A DNA stretch of 63,613 bases, filler included. It is 5 parts of 5 records of this genome, joined end to end, with 100 filler letters (N's around TTAATTAATTAA, not from the genome) between each part and the next. Parts side by side here need not be neighbours in the genome. Positions count along the whole stretch, not along the records: positions 33,699 to 57,805 come from SRR31156797_13870; 4 more parts are not named here. One strand, written 5' to 3'. Shown piece after piece: positions 39,475-49,532 of the stretch; position 1 is the first letter of the stretch, and every line of letters begins with the position of its first letter. The position numbers and the translations under genes were made by a program. The notes beneath the pieces are model-generated. The model was given only the letters and a program-made list of their open reading frames with translations, was not told the origin of the DNA and did no database searches.

Positions 39475-39492
39475 AATGGAATCGATTGCATT
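39475..39492. promoter_or_regulatory. LacI-family operator-like palindrome AATGGAATCGATTGCATT upstream of susC
   Basis: Near-perfect 18-bp palindrome with central CG; minus-strand -7 element TAGGTTTG at 39524-39531. Confidence 0.6.
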
Positions 39493-39610
39493 ACATTATA
39501 ATAATCTCTTATTTGACCTCGAACAAACCTAAAATTCGATCAACACAAGCAGATATCACTCCCCTTCTGCTAAAAAGTTCTCTATAGAGATAATATGTTC
39601 GGGAGTTATT

Positions 39611-40972
39611 TTAAAGCAAAGCATTTACCAATTCCAGGGAATCGAGTAATTGCTGCTCACCAGTTTCCATATTCTTTAAAGTATACTTTTGTGATACCAT
39701 TTCATTGTCACCAGCTAAAATTACATAGGGAATATTCTTACGATTGGCATATGTCATTTGCTTTTTCATTTTGGCCGATTCGGGAAAAATTTCAGCATTA
39801 ATACCATTTTTTCTTAATTGAGCCAAAACGGGTAAACAATACGCTTCTTCTTTCTCCCCAAAATTTACAAACAATGCTTTTGTTGTTTCCAATGATTCTT
39901 CAGGAAAACCATCCAACTGAACAAGTACATCATAAATACGTTCAGCGCCAAACGAAACACCAACTCCCGAAACATCCGGCATTCCAAATATTCCGGTTAA
40001 ATCGTCGTATCGACCGCCTCCACAAATACTACCAATTTGAACATCTTTCGATTTAACCTCGAAGATCGCACCTGTATAGTAGTTAAGTCCTCTGGCCAAT
40101 GTTAAGTCCAGCTCAACATCGGTATTCAATTCCAGTTTTTCCAGGTAAGCAAACATTGTTTGCATTTCTGCAATCCCTTTGGCCCCAACTTCGGCTTCGC
40201 CTATAACCGTGTCAATTTGAGTCAGTTTTTCGGCAGTTGTTCCTTCCAATTTCAAAATTGGTTGGAGTTTCTCAACCGCATCTTCCGAAATACCTTTCGA
40301 AATCATTTCTGTGTTTACTTTTTCCAACCCAATCTTATCAAGTTTGTCAATCGCAACGGTAATATCAATCATTCGGTCGGCTTCGCCAATTGCTTCAGCA
40401 ATTCCAGCCAAAATTTTTCTATTGTTGATTTTTACAACCGTATTAATATTTAAACGTTGAAAAACATCATCAATTATTTGTACCAATTCCACCTCGTTAA
40501 GCAAACTGTTGCTTCCAATAACATCAACATCGCATTGATAAAACTCCCGATAACGGCCTTTTTGTGGTCGGTCAGCACGCCATACCGGCTGAATTTGATA
40601 ACGTTTAAAAGGAAAAGCAATATCATTACGGTATTGTACAACATAACGTGCAAAAGGAACTGTAAGGTCGTAGCGTAATCCTTTTTCAGATAATTTTGTT
40701 GTCAGTTTGTTCGAGTTTTTTTCATCCAATAAATCTTGAGGAACTTTTGAAATGAAATCGCCGGAGTTAAGTATCTTAAACAACAGCTTATCCCCTTCTT
40801 CTCCATACTTTCCCATTAAAGTCGACAAGTTTTCCATTGCAGGTGTTTCAATGGGCTGAAATCCGTACAAACGAAATACATCTTTAATAGTATTAAAAAT
40901 ATAATTTCTCCTCACCATTTCAACAGGAGAAAAATCGCGGGTACCTTTTGGTATAGAAGGTTTTTGTGCCAT
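39611..40972 (-). CDS. hisS: Histidine--tRNA ligase
   Basis: [42 protein letters not shown]. Confidence 0.98.
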   Translation of the reverse strand: MAQKPSIPKGTRDFSPVEMVRRNYIFNTIKDVFRLYGFQPIETPAMENLSTLMGKYGEEGDKLLFKILNSGDFISKVPQDLLDEKNSNKLTTKLSEKGLRYDLTVPFARYVVQYRNDIAFPFKRYQIQPVWRADRPQKGRYREFYQCDVDVIGSNSLLNEVELVQIIDDVFQRLNINTVVKINNRKILAGIAEAIGEADRMIDITVAIDKLDKIGLEKVNTEMISKGISEDAVEKLQPILKLEGTTAEKLTQIDTVIGEAEVGAKGIAEMQTMFAYLEKLELNTDVELDLTLARGLNYYTGAIFEVKSKDVQIGSICGGGRYDDLTGIFGMPDVSGVGVSFGAERIYDVLVQLDGFPEESLETTKALFVNFGEKEEAYCLPVLAQLRKNGINAEIFPESAKMKKQMTYANRKNIPYVILAGDNEMVSQKYTLKNMETGEQQLLDSLELVNALL

Positions 40973-41057
40973 TATTTAAAATTTTTTGAGGCTGCAAAAG
41001 TAAGCATTTAAATTTTATTGTGTAGCCTGAAGAGTGAGTATTGGAAATGATTTAAAA

Positions 41058-41528
41058 CTAAATATCCAATTTAGTTAAAATCCAATTCAGGTACTTGTCA
41101 CATTCCTTTTCTCCTTCTTTAGGAGCCCAACTGGCAAAGTTCTTATCATCAGTTTGCGAATACGGACCGTCTTTTATTTCATAAACTACTGTTCCCGATT
41201 CCAGAGCAATGATACTATGCCAGGTCGCCGGAGGAATTTCAACTCCAAAGTTTTCAACATTGTCGAGTATTACATGATCCGTTATTGTTCCCGAATTATC
41301 AAAAAATACAACCAGCATTTTACCCTGTAGTAAAAGAAAAACTTCACGTTTATCCGGATTCTCGTGTTTGTGCGGTTGTACATATGAACCAGGTTCAACA
41401 GCATTTAACATCCGGTTTATCGGATCAGTATAAGTTTGATGATAATTGTAATTCTTTCTTAAGCGTGATGCATCTTTTGCCTCAATACAAACCTTTTCCA
41501 GCGTATTCTTATCGATTTTTTTGAACAT
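41058..41528 (-). CDS. WbuC-family cupin-fold metalloprotein
   Basis: RLRKNYNYH, QPHKH, WHS, YEIKDGPY, ASWAPKEG. Confidence 0.85.
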   Translation of the reverse strand: MFKKIDKNTLEKVCIEAKDASRLRKNYNYHQTYTDPINRMLNAVEPGSYVQPHKHENPDKREVFLLLQGKMLVVFFDNSGTITDHVILDNVENFGVEIPPATWHSIIALESGTVVYEIKDGPYSQTDDKNFASWAPKEGEKECDKYLNWILTKLDI

Positions 41529-41891
41529 TTATTGTATAAATTTGATTGTAAACGGGTAATGATAATAGTTGCCATTACTGGCCGAAACAGAGCCTACAAG
41601 TACCAATACCAGCCAGGCTATTCCAAAACCTATTAACATTAATATGCCAATTCCTACCACTATTAATACCAATGACACCAAAAATATGATAGACCAGGTA
41701 ATTTGGAAATTAAGCACTTCTTTTCCTTGTTCTTTTACAAATTCGTACTCGTCTTTTTTAAGCGAATAAACAATAAAAGGGCCTATAATATTTCCGGCTA
41801 CCGGTAATACAAATGTGGCAAGTGCAGCTAAATGTACCAACATTCCCCACTGACGCTCGTTTGGATCGTTGACAATTCTATACATTTTCAA
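41529..41891 (-). CDS. DUF4870-family membrane protein
   Basis: WGMLVHL, GKEVLNFQIT, YHYPFTIKF. Confidence 0.85.
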   Translation of the reverse strand: MKMYRIVNDPNERQWGMLVHLAALATFVLPVAGNIIGPFIVYSLKKDEYEFVKEQGKEVLNFQITWSIIFLVSLVLIVVGIGILMLIGFGIAWLVLVLVGSVSASNGNYYHYPFTIKFIQ

Positions 41892-41961
41892 GATTTTTGT
41901 TCAACTAAACTAATCATTTTTTTGTTTATTAGCGATAGCAAGTTTGATGGATTTATAAGAA

Positions 41962-42423
41962 ATGGAAGAACAAAAAAAGGAAGGCAGATACAACCGTATT
42001 TATATACAGCTTGAAGAGTTAGTAAAAAAAAGTAACGATATGCAAGCCCGCATGGCTACCATAATTGCAGTGCTGCATCATAAAATGGATTATTTCTTTT
42101 GGACCGGCTACTACCTCGTTAAAGATGGAGAAATGATTGTAAATTCATACCAGGGACCGGTTGCCTGTCAAATTCTGGATAAAGACAAAGGTGTTTGTTG
42201 GGCCGCTTTTAACCAAAAAGAAACAGTTGTTGTTGAGGACGTGCACACTTTTCCTGGTCATATTGCTTGTGATTCGAGATCTAACTCTGAAATAGTGGTC
42301 CCCTTAAAAAATGCCAGGGAAAAGATTATAGGTGTTTTAGATGTTGACAGCTCTCAAAAAGGAGCATTCTCTTCGGTTGATGCATACTGGTTGGAAAAAA
42401 TACTAACCTTGATATGGATGTAA
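41962..42423 (+). CDS. GAF-domain protein, free methionine-(R)-sulfoxide reductase-like
   Basis: WTGYY, YQGPVAC, GVC, HIACDSRSNSEIVVP, VLDVDS. Confidence 0.85.
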   Translation: MEEQKKEGRYNRIYIQLEELVKKSNDMQARMATIIAVLHHKMDYFFWTGYYLVKDGEMIVNSYQGPVACQILDKDKGVCWAAFNQKETVVVEDVHTFPGHIACDSRSNSEIVVPLKNAREKIIGVLDVDSSQKGAFSSVDAYWLEKILTLIWM

Positions 42424-42501
42424 CAGTGCGTAACTTATTCATTATATAAATCAGAAACAAAAACTTAATTAAATTTGTTTCTTTCAAAAAACCACAACAG
42501 C

Positions 42502-42897
42502 ATGCACGAAGCTTTTACACTTACCACCCCTGCTCTTTTGTTTTCGGCAATTTCGTTAATACTGCTCGCATTTACCAATCGCTTTGTAGCTTACACTGGA
42601 GTTGTTCGCAATCTTCATAAACAATACATTGAAAACCCAAGTTCTGTACTTAAAGGACAAATTGACAACCTTAGAAAAAGACTTTACCTGATACGCACCA
42701 TGCAGATACTGGGTGTTACAAGTTTATTTTTATGTGTGATTACCATGTTTCTGATATTTGTAGGCCAACAACTTATTGGGGCATACATTTTTGGTATAGC
42801 ATTATTATTACTTTGTGCTTCGCTGGCAATGTCTATTTGGGAGATACAGATTTCGGTAAAAGCTTTAGAACTGCACTTAAGCAATATGGAGGAATAA
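42502..42897 (+). CDS. DUF2721-family membrane protein
   Basis: TTPALLFSAISLILLAFTNRF, EIQISVKAL; probable ATG at 42502. Confidence 0.8.
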   Translation: MHEAFTLTTPALLFSAISLILLAFTNRFVAYTGVVRNLHKQYIENPSSVLKGQIDNLRKRLYLIRTMQILGVTSLFLCVITMFLIFVGQQLIGAYIFGIALLLLCASLAMSIWEIQISVKALELHLSNMEE

Positions 42898-42991
42898 ACA
42901 ATACTTATCAACCTAAAAGTATTTTTACATAATTTTTATTTGAAACGCAACCTTTTTTAATACAATCTTATCTCTATTTAAAACTAAAATC

Positions 42992-43429
42992 ATGGGAAAA
43001 AAAATCATTAAAGGTTATAACCATTTTATTGCATTCTTAATTTCGATTTTAGGCATCGGCGGAACCATCTCAGGTTGCGCAGGAGGAAATGGAGCCTGCG
43101 AATATGGAACTCCTCATGCCGATTTTAAAATAAATGGAACAGTAATTAATGAGGATGGGAATACTATTCCAGGGGTAAAAGTAAAGGTTAACTATGATTC
43201 AACTTTTACCGACAATGCAGGCAAATATGCTCTAACAACCGAGGCATTTCCGACTAACCAAACATTCCCAATTCAATTTACCGATGTTGATGGAGAACAA
43301 AATGGACTGGTTCAATCTCTTGATACAGTGGTGGAATTTGAAAATCCGGAATTTGAAAATGGAACCGGTGATTGGTATGAAGGAGAAACATCGCAGACGT
43401 TTAATATTTCGATGAAAAAAGAGGAGTAA
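42992..43429 (+). CDS. Radical SAM-associated putative lipoprotein (TIGR04134-like)
   Basis: Lipobox ISGC, EYGTP motif, DVDGEQNG, GDWYEG; TAATG overlap with the rSAM gene. Confidence 0.8.
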   Translation: MGKKIIKGYNHFIAFLISILGIGGTISGCAGGNGACEYGTPHADFKINGTVINEDGNTIPGVKVKVNYDSTFTDNAGKYALTTEAFPTNQTFPIQFTDVDGEQNGLVQSLDTVVEFENPEFENGTGDWYEGETSQTFNISMKKEE

Positions 43430-44517
43430 TGGCCGACAAACTTTCAATTCGTCAGAAAATAGCTCTTAATCTTTTTAGGAAGTACAAAAACAACGAAAAA
43501 AAACTTCATCAATTAAACTATATCTTTTGGGAATGTACCTTGCGCTGTAATTTAAATTGTTTGCATTGTGGAAGCGACTGTAAAAAAGAAACTTCTGCTA
43601 AGGATATGCCTGTAACCGATTTTATTGGAGCGATTGACGACATCGCTGATATTGTTACGCCAAACAAAACAATGATAGTTTTTACTGGCGGAGAGCCTGC
43701 ACTAAGAAAAGACCTGGAAGAATGCGGCAGGCAACTATACAAGCGAGGATTTCCCTGGGGGATTGTTTCTAATGGCTACTACTTAAAAAAACACAGGATT
43801 GATTCCTTAATGACTGCAGGAATGCGGGCAATTACAATTAGTTTAGATGGCTTGGAAGATTCTCACAATTGGTTCAGAGGAAATAAAAACAGTTTCGAAA
43901 ATGCCATAGCTGCCATTTCATATTTGGCACATATTCCTGATTTGCGTTTTGATGTGGTAAGCTGTGCTAACCGAAGAAATGTGAAAGAACTGCCAAAAAT
44001 AAAAGCCACCCTACAAGAGCTAGGGGTAAAAGAATGGCGTATTTTCACTATAGCCCCAATAGGAAGAGCTGCCCAAATGGAAGCCCTTCAACTTCCCCCA
44101 AAGGAGTTTAAATCGGTTTTTGACTTTATTGAAAATGTCAGAAAAGAAAACAAAATTAAAGTGAACTTTGGGTGCGAAGGTTTTTTAGGCGAATATGAAG
44201 GAAAAGTACGAGATAACCTTTTTAACTGCAGGGCAGGAATTAATGTGGCATCTGTATTGATTGATGGGTCCATATCGGCTTGCCCTAACCTTCGTTCGAA
44301 TTTTATTCAAGGCAACATTTATTCCGATAGTTTTAAAACGGTATGGGAAAATAAATTCCAGATTCACAGAAACAGAACGTGGACAAAAACCGGAGAATGT
44401 GCCAGTTGTAAATTTTATAAATATTGCGAGGGAAATGGTCTACATCTGCGGGACGAAAACAATGGAGAGCTACTGTTCTGTCATCATAAACGAATTCAGG
44501 CAGCCAGATACCAATAA
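43429..44517 (+). CDS. Radical SAM/SPASM enzyme of the rSAM/lipoprotein system (TIGR04133-like)
   Basis: FWECTLRCNLNCLHCGSDC (CxxxCxxC), TGGEP; SPASM Cys CRAG...ACP...CASCKFYKYCEG. Confidence 0.88.
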   Translation: MADKLSIRQKIALNLFRKYKNNEKKLHQLNYIFWECTLRCNLNCLHCGSDCKKETSAKDMPVTDFIGAIDDIADIVTPNKTMIVFTGGEPALRKDLEECGRQLYKRGFPWGIVSNGYYLKKHRIDSLMTAGMRAITISLDGLEDSHNWFRGNKNSFENAIAAISYLAHIPDLRFDVVSCANRRNVKELPKIKATLQELGVKEWRIFTIAPIGRAAQMEALQLPPKEFKSVFDFIENVRKENKIKVNFGCEGFLGEYEGKVRDNLFNCRAGINVASVLIDGSISACPNLRSNFIQGNIYSDSFKTVWENKFQIHRNRTWTKTGECASCKFYKYCEGNGLHLRDENNGELLFCHHKRIQAARYQ

Positions 44518-44518
44518 A

Positions 44519-44547
44519 AAAATCCGGCCGAAAAACGACCGGATTTT
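44519..44547. terminator. Bidirectional terminator between convergent genes
   Basis: AAAATCCGGCCG-AAAAA-CGACCGGATTTT. Confidence 0.75.
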
Positions 44548-44566
44548 CTGTTATAACAATATAATT

Positions 44567-47500
44567 CTACCTTTTTACTATCTTTTCGGAAACAGGTTTA
44601 ATATTTTCTCCCTGAATTGTTAACAGGTATTCACCGCTAACTAATGACCATAATCTAAGCCGTTGATAATTGTACCCCCTATGAATTCTACTGTTGAATG
44701 ATTTCACAAGAACACCGTCCATGGAATAAATAGAAAAACTAACATCCGTATTAACCTCGCTCCTAAACGACACTATCAGGTTACCATAAAACGGATTAGG
44801 GTAGATACGCATATAACTCAATTCGGTAATCTCCGAAGAACCGCTGTTACAATTCCCCAGTGAAGCACCTCTTCGCATCAAATGCGATGCTGCCCTTTCG
44901 CTAACGCAAAGTTCTTTGCCACGGTAACAAATACGTAGTTTTTTCTGTCCATGGTAATTGTTCCCACAGGCAACATCAACAGCCGAAACCGTTATGTCCT
45001 TGCTGGCAGTACAGCCATTTTCATCGGTTACCGTTAAAGTGTAAGTGGTTTCTTCTTCGGGACACACTTCAATGTTTTCAAAAGTTTCACCGGTACTCCA
45101 CTCAAAAGTAAGCTCTCCTGTTCCCCCATATACATCTTCGAGGTACAATAAAGCACATGCTGAATCGGCATATGCCGGGTAAACCGTTTTGTCACCCGAC
45201 ACCTCCAATTCAATAGGATCAGGTTCTACAATATTAACCATTGTCGAGATCAGGCTGCCGCGCGCATCGGTAACTGTAACGGTATATGTTCCAGCTGCCA
45301 ATCCTGTTACAGTGGCCGAACTTTGCCCGTCACTCCAGGCATAGGTATAAGGGCCAACACCACCTGTAACCTCAATAGTGGCCGATCCGTTTGTTCCCTC
45401 GTAACATTCATTATCGGTTGAGGTAATCGAAACCAACTCAAAAGGATTTATAACCTCTAAGCGTATTGAAACAGGAAAATGATCGGAAGTTGTTGAGGTA
45501 TAATCGCTACCATAAAACTCGTAATGAACCCTGGCGGAATTATCGATGTAGTTACCAAAAAGTTCATCAGTAAGCATTATATGATCAATCATATTCGGAT
45601 AGAAAACATACGAACGTAAATTGGCATCGCTTAAAGCTATTGTTGGAAAAGAATAATTCCCCGCATCATCCACATATTCCTGAAACGAAGAAGTAGTTGA
45701 GTTGATATCTGCAACTGTTTCGTCCACATCATCGTTATAGTCGCCCAGCATTACTATTTTTTCATCAGCATAATAGGTATCCAAAGTATCTTTTAATGCT
45801 TCAACATCGTACTTTCGCATTTCGTAACGAGCCTGAGCATCACTGCTTCTGTTTGCACGGGCATGCAAATCGATAAACGAAATACGCTCTGTTGCTCCAT
45901 TAATGGTAACATCGGCCGTAAGCATAAAGGGCAAACGTCCGCTGGCAAAAAAGCGGGTTTTATCATCATCCGGGAAATCAGTTAACATAGAAGTATCTCC
46001 TCCATTATAATAAGGATGTGCAGTGGCCAACAAAATTTTAGAAGCTATCGGGTTTACTGTTGCTGTTTTATAAATAAAGCCCACCTTTTGTTTTACTCCT
46101 GTTTCGTTTGGATAAGATGTAGCATCGGATAAAATAAAAGCATAACCGGGTATCTCCGAGATCATCTGAGCGAAAGTGGCATCATCAGCAATCTCTTCCA
46201 CACCTATAATATCGGCGTTTAAGGAAAGAATTGCAGCTTTAACACTGTCTTTCTGAATCACATCAGCATCAGACCCGGCCGGAGAATTACCTTCATCTCC
46301 AAACCATTCAATATTCCAGGTTACAATATCAAGGGTAAGATCTTTATCTATACCGAGACCATCTTCTGAAGAAAATTCAGTTGCACATGGCAAATCCGAT
46401 TTTACACGAGGCATAAGTTGGAAAATGTCGTTATACCTTCCTACAACACCGGTAACAGAACAAACCTCAGGTTGAGCTAAACCGACCAATGCAGTAACAT
46501 CAGCATCCAAACGCATTTCTCCGGTTCCTGAAGCATCGGTAAGTTCAAAATTTGTATTCCCAAAAAGCAACCCACCAGGAGAAGGGAAAGTTGCATCCAT
46601 AATCGTAACCAATTTACCAGCGTAAACTGCCAAATCTGAAAAGGCAACAGTATCGGGAACTATTGGTGCTACTGAGCCATGATTAATTACTTCTGTAACA
46701 CTACTAATTTGAACCATATTGTAATAGGCAGCTCTTTGCCCGGTAATCGTTAACGAATCGCCAATATTAAATAAGCCCGCTCCATGAACTTGCGAATCAT
46801 AAATGGCAATTCCTGCAGTTGAATCCTGAATAAAGGCCGAACCGTTAAATTGATCGGCTACAGTTAATATACCACTAATGGTTACTATGGCCCCTTCTGT
46901 AGTGTCACGAGCTTCTTGTATACTTACCAACACGGATGGGACAACCACTGTTGCTCCATTCTCAGTACCAGGAGTTGGGTCCAATTGCGTATAGGTAGAT
47001 GTATTTCTTGCTCCACCATCTCCATTTGGTATTCTTTGTAGCGAATGTGCAGGGCTATCACCTGCCCCTTTTTCGTCGATTTGTTCTTGCCCCGCATTTA
47101 AAAGGGTCAGTAAACCTGCATCGTCGCTATCGCCTGTATCATAAACCAAGGCATCCACCAAATTTGTTGTTGTTACTGCGGTACCGCTTGGAAAGTCTGA
47201 TGCCGAACCTTCGTAAAGAGCAACCGCATCGGCCCCGTTTTGTAAACCATTTGACGTAAATGCTGCTAAATCAACGTTTGTTACCGAAGAGCTTCCAATA
47301 ACAAAATAACCTTCAGTATTTGTTGAATAACCTGTTAAATCAATGGCATTGTAACTTATATCTCCATTCCCATTGTAAAGAACCACAACAAAACCGTCTA
47401 ACGATATATTCCCTGTTCCACCGTCAAAAAGTTCTATAAATTCGGCAATATCAGTCCCGTCAGTATCTGCATCAACTTCATTAATAATAAGGTTAATTTC

Positions 47501-49210
47501 TTCAGTTCGGTTTGTATTTACAGTACCCGGAGTCGGCAAAGCTGCAACATATGTACTGGTGTTTCTTAAACCTCCTTCGCCATTCGGATATCGTTGTAAC
47601 GAATGAAAATCTTTATCGCCGTTTTCATCTTCGTTTACTTGTGGTCCTATCGAATCGAGCAATGGCAACAGGCCACTATCATCTGAATCGTTGGTATCGT
47701 AAACAATGGCATCAATCAAATTTGTTTCAGTTACCGGAGTATCGTTTGGAAATCTACTTTCATCATCTTTATATAATGCTACGGCATCAGCTCCGTTTTG
47801 TAAACCATTACTCGAAAAAGTTATAGTTACATTTGCTACCCCGGAATTACCGATAACAAAATATCCATTTGCATCCGTTGTGTAACCATCCAGATCGTAA
47901 GCAGCATAACTAGCATCGTCGGAACCATTAAAAAACACCAGTGTATAACCATCAAGAGGTACATTTCCAACACCTCCATCAAATAGTTCAACAAATTCAA
48001 GCACATCTGTCCCTTCAGTATCTGCATCAATCTCATTGATCAGCACAGTGGCTTCCACCACCACTTCTTTAACCAAATTTTCTGCCCCGGGAGTGTTTAC
48101 AGCCTCTCCACTTTCTGCTTCTGCATTATCAATAATACCTTCTCCATCATAGTCATTTCTTACCCAGTCTGAAGAAGAGTCAGTATCGGTTCCGTTTGGA
48201 ATCCGTGAAGCTCCACCAACTGTATAAGTACTGCCATCATATCCTTTTTCCAGGGTGGCCATTGCGTATGTATAATCAGCTGTTCCACCATCATTAACCG
48301 CAATATCATCAGCTATCTCATCCCATAGCAAGGTGTCAGTTACCCCGTCATCATCAGTGTCTATGTCGTCGCCCAATAAACCACTAAAGTTTTTTACCAA
48401 TAATAAACTTACAGTTCCATTTTCAAACTGATTAGAAGCAAAGGGCGTGGTATAATAACCTAGAGAATCTGTAGTACCCAGAGTAATTACTTCATCAATT
48501 ATTCCTGCTCCTGTTCCATCACCTTCAATTTCCAAAACCGTATATTCACTTAAATCAGTATTTGGATTGGATAGAATTTCAACAAATTCCTTTGTATCGC
48601 TACCGGTATGATTGAATACAAATTCGTTAATAACAACAGGAATAGTTGGCGTACCAAAAGTCTGATCATTATTTACTGCCCCAAAAGTAGCCGTGGCTGC
48701 TTCCTGCCAAACAAATTCGGTATAGCTGGTTCCAACTCCGGATAATTGCAATGATTCACCCTCGGCAGTTGAACTTGTTTCTGCAACGCCAATATCGGTA
48801 CTGGTAAGTCCGGCAGCAGCACCATCAGTAGCGGTTAAGGTTCCTTCGTAACTGATAAACTGAATTACATTGTTAAGTGCATCAACCAAAGCAATTCCAT
48901 CAGGTGCTCCATTTTGAATACCATTTGACGGATAGCTGATATGAACAAAACCATATCCTCCAGATTGATCAGCTATGACACCGGAAAGCGATTCTGTATT
49001 GTAAACAGTTCCGTTACTCCCATTATACAACAACAGTGTCCATCCGGTTAAATCTGTTCCGGCCACACCGGCAATTTCAATTGACTCACCTGTATCAGTA
49101 CTTGCATTGTCGTAATGAATTTCATTAACAAAAACGGTCTGCGCCATCGCAGAAAACGCTAATAATGTGAACGTTAGCACAACAACTAATTCATGTAGAA
49201 TTTTTCTCAT
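44567..49210 (-). CDS. Large secreted nuclease: tandem lamin-tail-like domains, OB-like region, EEP catalytic domain, SprB-like repeats, T9SS C-terminal domain
   Basis: Repeated INE...EFVEL...QNGADAVAL...TPG units; EEP motifs TWNIEWF, GDYND, IDHI, SDHFPV; CTD IYPNPF...KIVKR. Confidence 0.85.
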   Translation of the reverse strand: MRKILHELVVVLTFTLLAFSAMAQTVFVNEIHYDNASTDTGESIEIAGVAGTDLTGWTLLLYNGSNGTVYNTESLSGVIADQSGGYGFVHISYPSNGIQNGAPDGIALVDALNNVIQFISYEGTLTATDGAAAGLTSTDIGVAETSSTAEGESLQLSGVGTSYTEFVWQEAATATFGAVNNDQTFGTPTIPVVINEFVFNHTGSDTKEFVEILSNPNTDLSEYTVLEIEGDGTGAGIIDEVITLGTTDSLGYYTTPFASNQFENGTVSLLLVKNFSGLLGDDIDTDDDGVTDTLLWDEIADDIAVNDGGTADYTYAMATLEKGYDGSTYTVGGASRIPNGTDTDSSSDWVRNDYDGEGIIDNAEAESGEAVNTPGAENLVKEVVVEATVLINEIDADTEGTDVLEFVELFDGGVGNVPLDGYTLVFFNGSDDASYAAYDLDGYTTDANGYFVIGNSGVANVTITFSSNGLQNGADAVALYKDDESRFPNDTPVTETNLIDAIVYDTNDSDDSGLLPLLDSIGPQVNEDENGDKDFHSLQRYPNGEGGLRNTSTYVAALPTPGTVNTNRTEEINLIINEVDADTDGTDIAEFIELFDGGTGNISLDGFVVVLYNGNGDISYNAIDLTGYSTNTEGYFVIGSSSVTNVDLAAFTSNGLQNGADAVALYEGSASDFPSGTAVTTTNLVDALVYDTGDSDDAGLLTLLNAGQEQIDEKGAGDSPAHSLQRIPNGDGGARNTSTYTQLDPTPGTENGATVVVPSVLVSIQEARDTTEGAIVTISGILTVADQFNGSAFIQDSTAGIAIYDSQVHGAGLFNIGDSLTITGQRAAYYNMVQISSVTEVINHGSVAPIVPDTVAFSDLAVYAGKLVTIMDATFPSPGGLLFGNTNFELTDASGTGEMRLDADVTALVGLAQPEVCSVTGVVGRYNDIFQLMPRVKSDLPCATEFSSEDGLGIDKDLTLDIVTWNIEWFGDEGNSPAGSDADVIQKDSVKAAILSLNADIIGVEEIADDATFAQMISEIPGYAFILSDATSYPNETGVKQKVGFIYKTATVNPIASKILLATAHPYYNGGDTSMLTDFPDDDKTRFFASGRLPFMLTADVTINGATERISFIDLHARANRSSDAQARYEMRKYDVEALKDTLDTYYADEKIVMLGDYNDDVDETVADINSTTSSFQEYVDDAGNYSFPTIALSDANLRSYVFYPNMIDHIMLTDELFGNYIDNSARVHYEFYGSDYTSTTSDHFPVSIRLEVINPFELVSITSTDNECYEGTNGSATIEVTGGVGPYTYAWSDGQSSATVTGLAAGTYTVTVTDARGSLISTMVNIVEPDPIELEVSGDKTVYPAYADSACALLYLEDVYGGTGELTFEWSTGETFENIEVCPEEETTYTLTVTDENGCTASKDITVSAVDVACGNNYHGQKKLRICYRGKELCVSERAASHLMRRGASLGNCNSGSSEITELSYMRIYPNPFYGNLIVSFRSEVNTDVSFSIYSMDGVLVKSFNSRIHRGYNYQRLRLWSLVSGEYLLTIQGENIKPVSEKIVKR

Positions 49211-49532
49211 ATTATGTATATTTAAGATGTTAAAAACAATGCAAAGTCTGAAATTAAAGACAATATTACCTTTAGAAACAGGTTACCATTAAGTAAACAA
49301 AATATTAATTTTTATAACAAGTTAACATTTGGTTATTATTTCTTTTACATTTCTGAAATCAACCTTAATTGAACATTTCAGCCAAACATTAAAAATATAC
49401 TCAGAATGTCACCCATATGTTAATTTTGAAGTCTTTTTTACACTTTTTAAATACCTATTGTGTCTTTTTGAAATCTATTTATGACTTTTGCTTGCAATTA
49501 GACATCAATCATTAATTTAAAACTTCAATGTT

